A DNA stretch of 38,662 nt, taken from Alphaproteobacteria bacterium HGW-Alphaproteobacteria-13 (GTDB lineage Bacteria; Pseudomonadota; Alphaproteobacteria; Sphingomonadales; Sphingomonadaceae). The stretch spans positions 1 through 38,662 of the forward strand of contig PHEM01000001.1 of the NCBI GenBank assembly GCA_002842935.1, given 5' to 3'. A program made the position numbers and the translations under genes. Positions 8,723 to 17,660 of the stretch are shown here, one piece after another (position 1 is the stretch's first letter; each line of letters begins with the position of its first letter). The notes below the pieces were generated by a model that was given only the letters and a program-made list of their open reading frames with translations, was not told the DNA's origin and made no database searches.

Positions 8723-9108
8723 TGACCGAGAAGGCTTCCACTATGAGCGCGTTACGCCGTTCCTTCGCCGCGATCGCGCGCACGCCGATGGCTCTGCACC
8801 GAAGTCTTTCGGCCATGTCGCTGAAAATTGCGCGTTTCATCACCCGAACCGGAAAAAGCAGAGGAGAAGCCGTCTTTTGGATTGTGGGCGCCAGCGTAGC
8901 GGCATTCGGCGCTGCGATCGTCATCGCGTCTAAACTGGGTGATCTCGCTGGCATCCTGACGCTTCAGCGGTGGACGTCCTCGACCGAGCTTATCGAGCTC
9001 GGAATGGCCATCGCCGTCATTTATCTTGTGGGCCATGTCTTTGTTGGCTTGGTACGCGCGGTGCGCGAAGAGGCCCGATGGGTGCGCCGAGGTGGAGACC
9101 GCCCATGA
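8719..9108 (+). CDS. Hypothetical membrane protein (2 TM)
   Basis: Overlaps the relaxase stop; two hydrophobic segments. Confidence 0.65.
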   Translation: MMTEKASTMSALRRSFAAIARTPMALHRSLSAMSLKIARFITRTGKSRGEAVFWIVGASVAAFGAAIVIASKLGDLAGILTLQRWTSSTELIELGMAIAVIYLVGHVFVGLVRAVREEARWVRRGGDRP

Positions 9109-9563
9109 ACGGGACCATGTTCGCATATGCTGGCACAATAATGCTGGTCCTGGGCGGCGGCGAAATGATGGCCCGGCCATCGAGCCCGCCGGCGCCGATC
9201 GAAGTGTCGGGCTGCCATGCGATTGATGGAGACACCTTGCGCTGCGGCCGCGTCCGCATCCGGCTTCTAGGTATAGATGCGGCCGAGCAGCCAGGCCACT
9301 GTCGGCACGGACGGCAATGCGCTCCGGGCGATCCGCGCGCGCAGCGTGCGGCTCTTCAGCGATTTTCCAGCACCAAGCTGACGGTGACGCCGATCAAGAC
9401 CGATCGATGGGGGCGGTTGGTCGCCGTTGTCCGGACGACATCTGGTGAGAACCTTAGCTGTCTCATGTTGCGGGCGGGCGCGAGCTACGTGGCCCGATGG
9501 GACGATCGAGACACAATCTTGCGAAGCTGCAGGTCCGCGGTGCGAGAAGCGAACCACCTATGA
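9105..9563 (+). CDS. Thermonuclease (SNase-like) family protein
   Basis: IDGDTL, RIRLLGIDAAE and DRWGRLVA motifs; hydrophobic N-terminus; ATGA overlap. Confidence 0.88.
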   Translation: MNGTMFAYAGTIMLVLGGGEMMARPSSPPAPIEVSGCHAIDGDTLRCGRVRIRLLGIDAAEQPGHCRHGRQCAPGDPRAQRAALQRFSSTKLTVTPIKTDRWGRLVAVVRTTSGENLSCLMLRAGASYVARWDDRDTILRSCRSAVREANHL

Positions 9564-9588
9564 ACCACGACGACATGAGGAGAAGGCA

Positions 9589-10335
9589 ATGAAGACCAGA
9601 ATTTCAACTGTGGCCCTCGCCGGCATTGCCGCGGCGATCGCCATAACGCCGATCGCCGCGGCCGCGCAGGATAGCAGCCGCACCACGGAGCTCTATCACA
9701 TTTTCGACTTCAAGACCGCGGTGAAGCGCGGTGAGATGATCCGGATTCTTCAGGACGGCATTAATCCGAATATCTCGAAATCGAACACGGTCACGCCGAT
9801 CGTGATGGGGCCGGCGCCGGAAACTCCGGGGCGGTTCACCCTGGTCAATCCGTTCGAGAACAGCCCCTATGCGGGCTTCATCTCGACGTCGCAGCTTTCG
9901 ACGATAAAGCAGGCGCGCTGCGATGGTGCCGTTTGGATAAGCTCGGCCGTCAGAAAGGTTCGCGGATCGCAGCAGCTGATGATCACGATGTGCCTCTTTC
10001 CCTATGTGCAGGGCTATCAGCTCGACGTCTATGCGATCGACATCAAAGAAAAGGGTGGAGGTCTCGACGCGCGGCTTGGACGGGCACTCGGTCAGGCCAT
10101 TGTCGGCAACAGCGACAATTGGACGAACAAGACGATCCTCGACGTCGTGCGCTACGTGCGGTCGACCACGGGCGCGACCGTGACCTATGTCGAAGGCCAG
10201 CCCGAGTTTACCGGCACACCGTGGGAGGACGGAATCCAGCTCGCGCCATCGGCGGCCGACAAGAAGACCGTGGACACGGCGCCGGCGCCGACAGGACCAA
10301 CGCCGGCAGCAGGTAATAAGGAGCCAGGACAATGA
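9589..10335 (+). CDS. Exported hypothetical protein
   Basis: SD AGGAG; Sec signal MKTRISTVALAGIAAAIAITPIAAAA-Q; strong GC3 codon bias. Confidence 0.8.
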   Translation: MKTRISTVALAGIAAAIAITPIAAAAQDSSRTTELYHIFDFKTAVKRGEMIRILQDGINPNISKSNTVTPIVMGPAPETPGRFTLVNPFENSPYAGFISTSQLSTIKQARCDGAVWISSAVRKVRGSQQLMITMCLFPYVQGYQLDVYAIDIKEKGGGLDARLGRALGQAIVGNSDNWTNKTILDVVRYVRSTTGATVTYVEGQPEFTGTPWEDGIQLAPSAADKKTVDTAPAPTGPTPAAGNKEPGQ

Positions 10336-10535
10336 GCGGTTTCGATTTTGATGAAGTTGGCGAATTCTCATCGGAGAAAGCCGCCGAAGATTGGGCCCGA
10401 GAGAACAACGTCGATTTTCGTGATATGGACATCAAGCCGACATCGGGCGGCAGGGCCCGCGCGTGGGTACGTCGCGGATCTACGCGGATGTCCGATATCG
10501 AGCTTCGTAATAGCCGCGATCGCGGTTTCTTTTAG
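10332..10535 (+). CDS. Small hypothetical protein
   Basis: ATGA overlap with the upstream gene, SD AGGA, followed by a terminator. Confidence 0.7.
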   Translation: MSGFDFDEVGEFSSEKAAEDWARENNVDFRDMDIKPTSGGRARAWVRRGSTRMSDIELRNSRDRGFF

Positions 10536-10570
10536 GCTAGCAACTCGAACATCCTCCGAATCGCCGAAGT

Positions 10571-10599
10571 GGGCGGGTGCGAAGGCTCCCGCCCTTTTT
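10571..10599 (+). terminator. Intrinsic terminator of the mob operon
   Basis: GGGCGGG…CCCGCCC stem followed by TTTTT. Confidence 0.8.
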
Positions 10600-10705
10600 C
10601 TTGGGCAAAACTAGGTTACACGGTCAGTTTGAGGGTCGCCGACCGCCGTGTTTCGACTAAAGAGGCCGTGCGGCAATGTCGCCGCATATTGCGGAGAAAG
10701 GAAGT

Positions 10706-10798
10706 ATGACACTGACTGAATTGTGCATCTTTCTTGGCGCGTTGTTCGCCTTTGCGACCCTCATTCTGAAGGTCGTCGAGGTGGCACGAGGCAAGTAA
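10706..10798 (+). CDS. 30-aa hydrophobic peptide, putative type I toxin (MTLTELCIFLGALFAFATLILKVVEVARGK)
   Basis: SD GAAAGGAAG, a single TM helix with basic C-terminus, structured UTRs; below the ORF-track size cutoff. Confidence 0.7.
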   Translation: MTLTELCIFLGALFAFATLILKVVEVARGK

Positions 10799-10799
10799 A

Positions 10800-10905
10800 G
10801 GGCATACAGAAGGGGGGATCGGTTGCCGCCGGTCCCCCTGAATGATTTTGCCCCTGCCGTTGCCGCGGCAGGGGCATATCACGGTGAAAGTCCACCGACA
10901 CTGAC
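10800..10905 (-). ncRNA. Putative antisense (antitoxin) sRNA convergent with the peptide gene
   Basis: Three hairpins, two with the identical loop (TTGCCG on +), downstream of a minus-strand promoter; ends approximate. Confidence 0.55.
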
Positions 10906-10911
10906 AAGCGC

Positions 10912-10940
10912 TTTATAGCGCCGGACTCCTGAAGATTCAA
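10912..10940 (-). promoter_or_regulatory. Sigma70-like promoter TTGAAT-N17-TATAAA
   Basis: Reverse complement of TTTATA (10912-10917) and ATTCAA (10935-10940) with a 17-nt spacer; no convincing ORF downstream. Confidence 0.6.
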
Positions 10941-10988
10941 TGGCCGCTGGCGAGCACACTGCAGCCTGCACTTGAACGCGGCACTCCT

Positions 10989-11735
10989 ATGTGCAATCGT
11001 TGTTTTGTGCAAAACAATAAGTCAGAAGCCGGCTCTCAAGATCCCACAACGCAGGCTTACGCCGAGCTGCAGCGCGCTTTCGATCATTACAATCGATCTC
11101 TGTTCGCCGGCGAACTGCCTTACTGCCTGATCACGATGCAGCGCGAGAAGCGGACCTACGGCTATTTCTCGCGCCGGCGTTTCGTTCACACGGTCGACCA
11201 GCGATCGACGGACGAAATCGCGATCAATCCGTCATATTTCGCAGTGGTGCCACTGCTCGAGATCTTGCAGACGATCGTTCACGAAATGGTGCACGCCTGG
11301 CAGGCGCACTTCGGCAAGCCGTCGCGGCCCGGGTATCACAACCAGGAGTGGGCCGAGAAGATGGAGGCGATCGGCCTCATGCCCTCGAGTACCGGCGCGC
11401 CCGGCGGCGCGAGGACAGGCCAAAAGATGGCGGACTACCCACTGCCGGGAGGGCCTTTCATGCTCGCGACCGACGAGCTGCTGACGCGCGATTTTCAAAT
11501 TTCTTGGTGCGATCGCTTTCCGCCGACCGAGGCGGCGCCAACGCGGCCGACCTCTTCGGCCGCGGCGATGGGCGCTGCACTGACAGCGGTGCTCGAGCCC
11601 GTCGCCGGCGATCGGTCCAACCGGGTAAAATTCCGATGTCCGGTCTGCACTGCACAGGCTTGGGGCAAGCCCTCGCTGCGGCTGCTCTGTGGCAACGAAG
11701 CCTGCGACCTCGCGGCGCTACTCCCCGCGTCGTAG
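10989..11735 (+). CDS. SprT-like (Mpr-type) zinc metalloprotease
   Basis: FDHYNRSLFAGELP, HEMVH (HExxH), GYHNQEWA, C-terminal CPVC…C…C zinc ribbon; start uncertain. Confidence 0.88.
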   Translation: MCNRCFVQNNKSEAGSQDPTTQAYAELQRAFDHYNRSLFAGELPYCLITMQREKRTYGYFSRRRFVHTVDQRSTDEIAINPSYFAVVPLLEILQTIVHEMVHAWQAHFGKPSRPGYHNQEWAEKMEAIGLMPSSTGAPGGARTGQKMADYPLPGGPFMLATDELLTRDFQISWCDRFPPTEAAPTRPTSSAAAMGAALTAVLEPVAGDRSNRVKFRCPVCTAQAWGKPSLRLLCGNEACDLAALLPAS

Positions 11736-11799
11736 CGACTGCTCTGACAAGCGCCGTTAACCCATCTCTATGTCGTTCCATGCCACCTTCCCCGCGAAA

Positions 11800-11839
11800 A
11801 TACAGGAACTTGCCGTTCAGGGGTGTTTCCTGTATGTTC
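11800..11839. promoter_or_regulatory. Inverted repeat / degenerate LexA-like site upstream of the small membrane gene
   Basis: ATACAGGAA/TTCCTGTAT IR; GTTT-N7-GTTC at 11825-11839. Confidence 0.35.
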
Positions 11840-11857
11840 GCGTAGAAGGATAGTGCC

Positions 11858-12067
11858 ATGACTGACGACGACTATTTCTCACGGCGGTACTACGATCCGT
11901 CCCACCCGCTCTACGTTTCGTCAGCAGCGGAGGATGGACTCGCACGCCTGACACAGGACCGTCACGAAATGACGGAGCTCGGGCCATGGGGCACGCGCCT
12001 CTTGTATGCCGGGCTTGCGCTAGTTGCGGCCTATTTTGGGCTCATCCTCGTCTTCGGAGCACACTGA
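11858..12067 (+). CDS. Small membrane protein convergent with traG (candidate entry exclusion)
   Basis: SD AAGGA, acidic N-terminus, C-terminal TM helix. Confidence 0.65.
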   Translation: MTDDDYFSRRYYDPSHPLYVSSAAEDGLARLTQDRHEMTELGPWGTRLLYAGLALVAAYFGLILVFGAH

Positions 12068-12102
12068 CCACGGCCAGCGGTTAGTCCCGCTGGCCGCTTT
12101 GC

Positions 12103-15100
12103 TCAACGCTTGCGGCCTCTTCCGCCGCGCGGCTTTGGATCGTGTTCAATGTGAAGATGATTGTTTGCAGGATTGTCGCGGAAAGTCTCGAAATTCACGT
12201 CGTAGTCAGGTCCGAGGCGTTCGCGAACATCGCGAGCCCACTGGCGGCCCTGAGCGACGCTGATGTCATTCCCGCGCAGATCAAGTCCCTTGCCTTCGGG
12301 ATGCAAACTACCGCGAGAATGCTGACTGTCGCGGGCGGACGTTACGACTCGTTGGGGCAGCCCGAGCGCATGAGCAGACGCCGCAGCGGCAGTCAGTGCC
12401 GGCGCCATGCTCGAATCCATTGAGCTGAGATTGGCTCCACCCTTTACGCCGAGGCCGGCTGCTGCTGCTACGCCGCCCAGATTGACCCGGTGCCCGCCGA
12501 GCGGGGCGTCTGCCGCATTGTCCAGCCCAAGCGCCGTCAGCGCTGAGGCCACTCCCGGCATAGTGCGAATAACCCAGGAATCATTCCGAGCCTCCGCTGT
12601 CGCACCAAGGCTGTCAGCCTGTCGGCGATCGCCAAGTAACGTCGCTCTCATGCCCTGACCATAGCCATCGAGCCGCGCCACGCTTCCATCGAGGCGACCG
12701 CTGACATTATCTTCAAGGGCCACATCGCGCGCGGTCCCGGAAACGTCGACTGCAGGACCGCGCGAGGTGATGTCGGCCATGCCAGCAGCACCGATCGCAC
12801 GGATGTCGTCAGCCGTCGAGAACGACGGGCCAGTGATCGTCGCCGCCGGCGCGTCGGGGACGACACCAAGATCGCGGTGCATTTGGTCGACGCGATCATC
12901 CATGAACTGCTTCAGCAAGGCATCCTGCGTCATTGCTTGTGTCGTCGTCATGTTGACGAGGCCGGGATGGTAGCTCTGATCGAGATGTCGATTTTGCGGA
13001 TCCATCATCGCCGTTTGGGCGTAACGGACGAAATCTTGGCTCAAATTCTTGTTCAGCGAATAGCCGTCGCGCTCAAACTGCGAAAATTCGTTGGACCAAC
13101 GCTGGTACTGATCTTCAGCGCGAGAAGCTTCCTCGCTGAGACTTTGAGAGTGCCGCAGATCCTGCGACACCTCCTGCCCCAAACCACGTACCTGACTGTC
13201 GGTCGACGACGTGGTTGCACGATAGAAGCTTTCGCGCGCTTGCCGCGCGGCTTCCGAATTCGATTCCCTTTCAAGCCACTGATAGGCATCAGTGTTTGCA
13301 TTCTGGGTTGAAACACCCTGTTCGGTGTTCCTCCTGTCGCTCGAGGTGCCATCGACGCCAATCTTTCCATCAATCTGACCCGAGAGCGGCCCGCGTTTTC
13401 CGCTTACCGCACCCGACGCACCAACCCCCGCCCTGCCGGTCAAAACTGTATCGCGGGCCAATTTGTCCGCTTCGCTCTTCGTCATGCCGAATTGGGTCTG
13501 AAGTGTATTCGACCAGCTCGACGACAGGTCTTGGACCTGCGCTATCGACGACTGCAGCGAGCGGCCCTCTTCGGTAGTCGCGCTCGCGGACGATTGCGCA
13601 GTGTCGAATAGTCGCGCTGATTCCGTGCGTGTCGTAGCCCAGCTATCGTTTGCTGCGACCCGCTTCTGTTCGACCACGCTCGAACCCTGGCTAAGACCCT
13701 TCTGCAGCTGCGAGCCGTAATCCTTGCTCGCCGAGATCGCGAAGCCGAGGTTCGAAATGCCCTGACTCGTGTCGTATGCGAAGGTGCCGTCCTCGTTGTA
13801 CCGGGTGAAAGCGCCGTCGCCGGAACGTTGCTGGATCGAGCCGGCGCCGGTATGGAAACTCGGTGCGGTCGAATATTGATCGCGGCTCAGCGTATTGATT
13901 TGGCGATTCATCAGCGACGCGTTGCCATAGGAGTAATTGCCCGTCGTCGCTTCGGCCGCGGCCTGTTCGGCCGCATTCTGGCTGGGCGAAAGAAAACTCG
14001 CCGAATGCGATGCAATCGCCATCGCCCCCTTCGCCATGCCGGCAGCGATGAACGGCACGGACATAATCATGTAGCCGGCGAGTGCGCCGACATCCTGATT
14101 GACGGCCGAGATGCCGGAGAAGTTGGCAGCGGTCATTCCGCCGCTCGCGCCCCACGATGCCAAGGAATCCTGCCAGCGCGACATGAAGATCATGTTCAGA
14201 ATGACGAACAGAGGACCCCAAGCCGCGAGATAGAAGAAGCCGGTGATATAGCCTTTCGCGACCGTCATCCCGTTCGTCGGCAGCAACATGAGCAGGAACA
14301 GGATTGGGAACAGCGAATAGAAAACGACGGTCAGCACGATGTTCAGCAGGGGAACCCACTTCATCGCGCCCGACGCGATCGTCGAATAGGTGTTGCGCGT
14401 TTGAATGTCCGCACGGGTCTGCGCGAACGCATCGATCGCGCCCTGCGCCGAACCGCTAGCAAAGCTGTCCCGAGCTTCCGTCAAGGCGTTGATGAACATA
14501 GCCTGCCGAATGAGCTGGCCACTGCTCGAGCCCATCCCCGCGGCGGTCATGCCGCCAATGTCGTTGTTCAGCCGTGTCGACGCCTGCGCGACAGGGATAC
14601 CCGGGAAGAACTGTGCCGCAATTTTGGGTGCCGCGACCGCGTAATAACCGTTCCATCCATTGCGGATGAAATTGTAGGCCGTCTCGCAGGTGACGATCCC
14701 GGAGGTCCCGTCGGGATAGATATATTGCTGCGAAAGGGCGACTGAACCCGGCCCCATAGCGCTCAGCAGATCCGGAGATTTCAGAATGTCGTCATAGGTC
14801 TTGCGGCCAAGCAAGATGTCATAAAAGACGCACTGCTTGAAATGCTCGTTGAGGTTCGTCGCATAGACCGGATCGTCGATCCGAAGGCCCTGCGTCGCGT
14901 CGAGAAGCTTCGCGCCGTAGATCATACCTCCAGTCGAATAGTTGAGGACTTGAGGCATCGCGAAAACGGTCTCGGCCGCGCGCGTCAGATAGTCGCCGAT
15001 TTGGCTGGTAAAACCGGCCACCAGGCCGAGGCCGATCGGAACATTGTCGACCACGGCCGCTGTCACACCCGGGTTGGTACGGTCGGTGACCTTGACCGAG

Positions 15101-15327
15101 ATCGTCGGCACCATGACCACCATATACATCAGGGTCGCCTGCATGAACCATTTGAGCAGTGCACGCGGATCCATATTCCAGGCCGTGACCAGGAGCGCCC
15201 AGGTGAAGGCCATAACCATCACAACGCGAATGAGGCCCCGGTAGCCACCGGAGCCCGCCCACGACGCAACCGCGTTAAAGACGTTGACGAGATACTCCCC
15301 GCCCCCGACCGTGAAGACCTCGATCAT
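12103..15327 (-). CDS. traG: F-type mating-pair stabilisation protein TraG with C-terminal M15-like peptidase motif
   Basis: MIEVFTVGGGEYLVNVFNAVA start, VDNVPIGLG, multiple TMs, WGPLFVILN, LAGYMIMSVPFIA; position after traH. Confidence 0.93.
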   Translation of the reverse strand: MIEVFTVGGGEYLVNVFNAVASWAGSGGYRGLIRVVMVMAFTWALLVTAWNMDPRALLKWFMQATLMYMVVMVPTISVKVTDRTNPGVTAAVVDNVPIGLGLVAGFTSQIGDYLTRAAETVFAMPQVLNYSTGGMIYGAKLLDATQGLRIDDPVYATNLNEHFKQCVFYDILLGRKTYDDILKSPDLLSAMGPGSVALSQQYIYPDGTSGIVTCETAYNFIRNGWNGYYAVAAPKIAAQFFPGIPVAQASTRLNNDIGGMTAAGMGSSSGQLIRQAMFINALTEARDSFASGSAQGAIDAFAQTRADIQTRNTYSTIASGAMKWVPLLNIVLTVVFYSLFPILFLLMLLPTNGMTVAKGYITGFFYLAAWGPLFVILNMIFMSRWQDSLASWGASGGMTAANFSGISAVNQDVGALAGYMIMSVPFIAAGMAKGAMAIASHSASFLSPSQNAAEQAAAEATTGNYSYGNASLMNRQINTLSRDQYSTAPSFHTGAGSIQQRSGDGAFTRYNEDGTFAYDTSQGISNLGFAISASKDYGSQLQKGLSQGSSVVEQKRVAANDSWATTRTESARLFDTAQSSASATTEEGRSLQSSIAQVQDLSSSWSNTLQTQFGMTKSEADKLARDTVLTGRAGVGASGAVSGKRGPLSGQIDGKIGVDGTSSDRRNTEQGVSTQNANTDAYQWLERESNSEAARQARESFYRATTSSTDSQVRGLGQEVSQDLRHSQSLSEEASRAEDQYQRWSNEFSQFERDGYSLNKNLSQDFVRYAQTAMMDPQNRHLDQSYHPGLVNMTTTQAMTQDALLKQFMDDRVDQMHRDLGVVPDAPAATITGPSFSTADDIRAIGAAGMADITSRGPAVDVSGTARDVALEDNVSGRLDGSVARLDGYGQGMRATLLGDRRQADSLGATAEARNDSWVIRTMPGVASALTALGLDNAADAPLGGHRVNLGGVAAAAGLGVKGGANLSSMDSSMAPALTAAAASAHALGLPQRVVTSARDSQHSRGSLHPEGKGLDLRGNDISVAQGRQWARDVRERLGPDYDVNFETFRDNPANNHLHIEHDPKPRGGRGRKR

Positions 15328-15351
15328 CGCACGCGCTCCTTCAGCCCGAAA

Positions 15352-16800
15352 TCAGGGCCGCAAACCTTGCGCCGACAAGGCGCGGGAAAAGTTGAGGGAG
15401 GCCGCCATTCCCGGCGCCATCCGTGTCTGCAGGGTGCTTTCGATCATCATCGCGCGATCGACGATTTCGAACGTCCGCGTAACGCGCTGGTTCACCGTGC
15501 TTTCGCGCTCGAACAACCGCTGCCGGACACGCGCGAGCTGCTCGTTGAACTGCCGAAGGTTCTCCGAGTCAGCCTGATTGCTGTTGTTCGACTGGCCTGC
15601 AGCAACTTGGTCGAGCATCCGCTGGACGATCGAATTGAGAAGATCGATCGCGGTGACCTCCGCCAGCGAATTCAGCTCGCCCGGTGAGAGGTTGAAGCCG
15701 GATGCCGCCTGCACGGCGACAACCTTATAGAGCGGGATGCTGGCGACACCGAGAAGGTTCTTCTCTTCCGTGGTCAGCGCCGCATTGGTGCGAACCTTAT
15801 CGCTCATCGACTGGATGAGAGCGGCAACGCGCGGTCGGAGCGCCGTCCCTCCCAGCGCTGGGATGGTGCGCTTGCCAGGGCTGAGGCATTTATCGGTTTC
15901 GTCGCAGCCGAGGACGTCGATCGCCTTGTCGCCATCTAGGAGCGCATCAAGGATCGCAGGATCGCCCTCGCCGCGGTAAATGATCGGCAGCGGATCATTG
16001 TCGGAGGGCCGCTTGCCGACGACGATCGTCCCGGTCAGCGTCATCACCAATTCACGCATCTGACGATCGGCGCTCTCGAGCGGCGATTGCTTGATCATGT
16101 CCCAGGCATAATTCTTCGGGCCCGGGGTCATTGCCGCCAGCGAAGGATCCGTGTTGGAATTGATCGTCGACGATCTTTCGCCACCGTTGCCGCATCCCCG
16201 GCGCGACTTTGCCCAGTCCGAGAACCGACCGGCAGACGTGCCGATCGACTGGCAGATGCGGTCTTCGGCCGCATCGACCTTCGGCCATACCGCGCCGACG
16301 GCGGCGGCAGCCGCTTCGCAGCTCTGCATGTTGAACTGGTTCACCTTGTTGGCAATGTCCTGAAGCTGATCCATCACCCCGCCGATTTGCGGGCTGATGC
16401 TGTCGATCGCGAGCTTGAACGCGAAGCCGATCGCGTTGTTGGCGATCGCCTTCAGGTTCGCGACGAACTCAGACATATTGATGAACGAGAACGAACCTGA
16501 GAAAATATCGATACCGCCACAGCCGGCGCGAACCTTCGGAAGCTGAATGTTCGCAGGATAGACGCTCTTCTGTGGGAAACGCGCCCAGACCGAGCCCAGC
16601 GAATAATAGCCGGCGGACTGACCCTGATAGGCGGTCGCGCCGGTCGCATTCGCCGACGCACCCATATCGTTGAAGAAATCGCTCATTTCGTCGCCAACGC
16701 CAGCCTGTGCCGGCGCGGCGGCCACCGACAAGGCGATCACGCCGATGCCAATGCGCGAGACTGCCACGCGGATCCGCGCGATGAATGTGATTCCGGTCAT
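15352..16800 (-). CDS. traH: F-type pilus assembly protein TraH
   Basis: AYQGQSAGYYSLGS, PKVRAGCGGIDIFSGSFSFIN, SCEAA. Confidence 0.95.
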   Translation of the reverse strand: MTGITFIARIRVAVSRIGIGVIALSVAAAPAQAGVGDEMSDFFNDMGASANATGATAYQGQSAGYYSLGSVWARFPQKSVYPANIQLPKVRAGCGGIDIFSGSFSFINMSEFVANLKAIANNAIGFAFKLAIDSISPQIGGVMDQLQDIANKVNQFNMQSCEAAAAAVGAVWPKVDAAEDRICQSIGTSAGRFSDWAKSRRGCGNGGERSSTINSNTDPSLAAMTPGPKNYAWDMIKQSPLESADRQMRELVMTLTGTIVVGKRPSDNDPLPIIYRGEGDPAILDALLDGDKAIDVLGCDETDKCLSPGKRTIPALGGTALRPRVAALIQSMSDKVRTNAALTTEEKNLLGVASIPLYKVVAVQAASGFNLSPGELNSLAEVTAIDLLNSIVQRMLDQVAAGQSNNSNQADSENLRQFNEQLARVRQRLFERESTVNQRVTRTFEIVDRAMMIESTLQTRMAPGMAASLNFSRALSAQGLRP

Positions 16801-17660
16801 CAGAAGTCGCTCCCAACTTTGGTGCTCGTGAGCGTGAAAATGCGTTCGGTGATTTCGTCGGCCGACAGGATGCCGGTGCCGATCGGGATGGGGCGCCGGT
16901 TGACGGTGTCATAGAGGACGAGCGCCGGCGTTGCCTTCGAGGTCAGCCCCATCTTGGCGTGTTGACCGACGTCGACGACGTAATTCGGAAACACGCCGTT
17001 CGGACCACCGTCCATCGACACAGCGACGACATTGAAACCGCTGCTAGTCGCAAGCGACTTCAGGATCGGAGCGAAAATGTCGCACGCACCGCAGCTCTGC
17101 GCGTAGAAATAGAAAATCCCATAGCGGCGCGACAGATTGCGAAGCGCCGCTTCCTGTTCGGCTTTGCGGTTATCGATCCATGCTCGTTTCGCGAGCGTCG
17201 ATACCGGACGCTGCAGCGTGTAATCCAGTTCAGGATTCTGCCACATCGTTCGCTGCCAGACGTCGGAGAATGTCGACGCGCGATCGAGCTGCTCGCGCTG
17301 GAAGCGAATATAGGCAGTAACATTCTGCTCCGAGGGCTCGAGAATCGCGCGTGCTTTCAACTCATCGAGCTGCTTGCTGATCGCCGCTAGGCGTTCGCTC
17401 GCGGCGGTAGAAGCAACTGCCGATGCCGGTTTGGCACTCGGCCGCGGTTTCGGCTTGTCACAGTAGAACCAGGTGCCGAGTTTCCGGGCGCCGCAGTAGA
17501 AGTCTTGATTGGGAGATTCGTCTGTCGCATCCGACTGAGGCCCTTCAGCCGAGGATTGCGACTCACCCGAATCGGGGTGAGATTGTGCGTGGAGGGGAGT
17601 GCCCGCGGCGACAAAGATAGCGCCGACAAATGCAGTTGCGTTACGGATCGCCGTCCTCAT
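16800..17660 (-). CDS. traF: F-type TraF (thioredoxin-like)
   Basis: GTWFYC, AILEPSEQNV, QNPELDY, FYAQSCGAC, VSMDG, TPALVL. Confidence 0.92.
   Translation of the reverse strand: MRTAIRNATAFVGAIFVAAGTPLHAQSHPDSGESQSSAEGPQSDATDESPNQDFYCGARKLGTWFYCDKPKPRPSAKPASAVASTAASERLAAISKQLDELKARAILEPSEQNVTAYIRFQREQLDRASTFSDVWQRTMWQNPELDYTLQRPVSTLAKRAWIDNRKAEQEAALRNLSRRYGIFYFYAQSCGACDIFAPILKSLATSSGFNVVAVSMDGGPNGVFPNYVVDVGQHAKMGLTSKATPALVLYDTVNRRPIPIGTGILSADEITERIFTLTSTKVGSDF

Noticed and set aside
10616-11012. Minus-strand ORFs 10616-10882 and 10761-11012
   Set aside because: No RBS or protein-like composition. The region is better explained by the peptide gene plus an antisense RNA.
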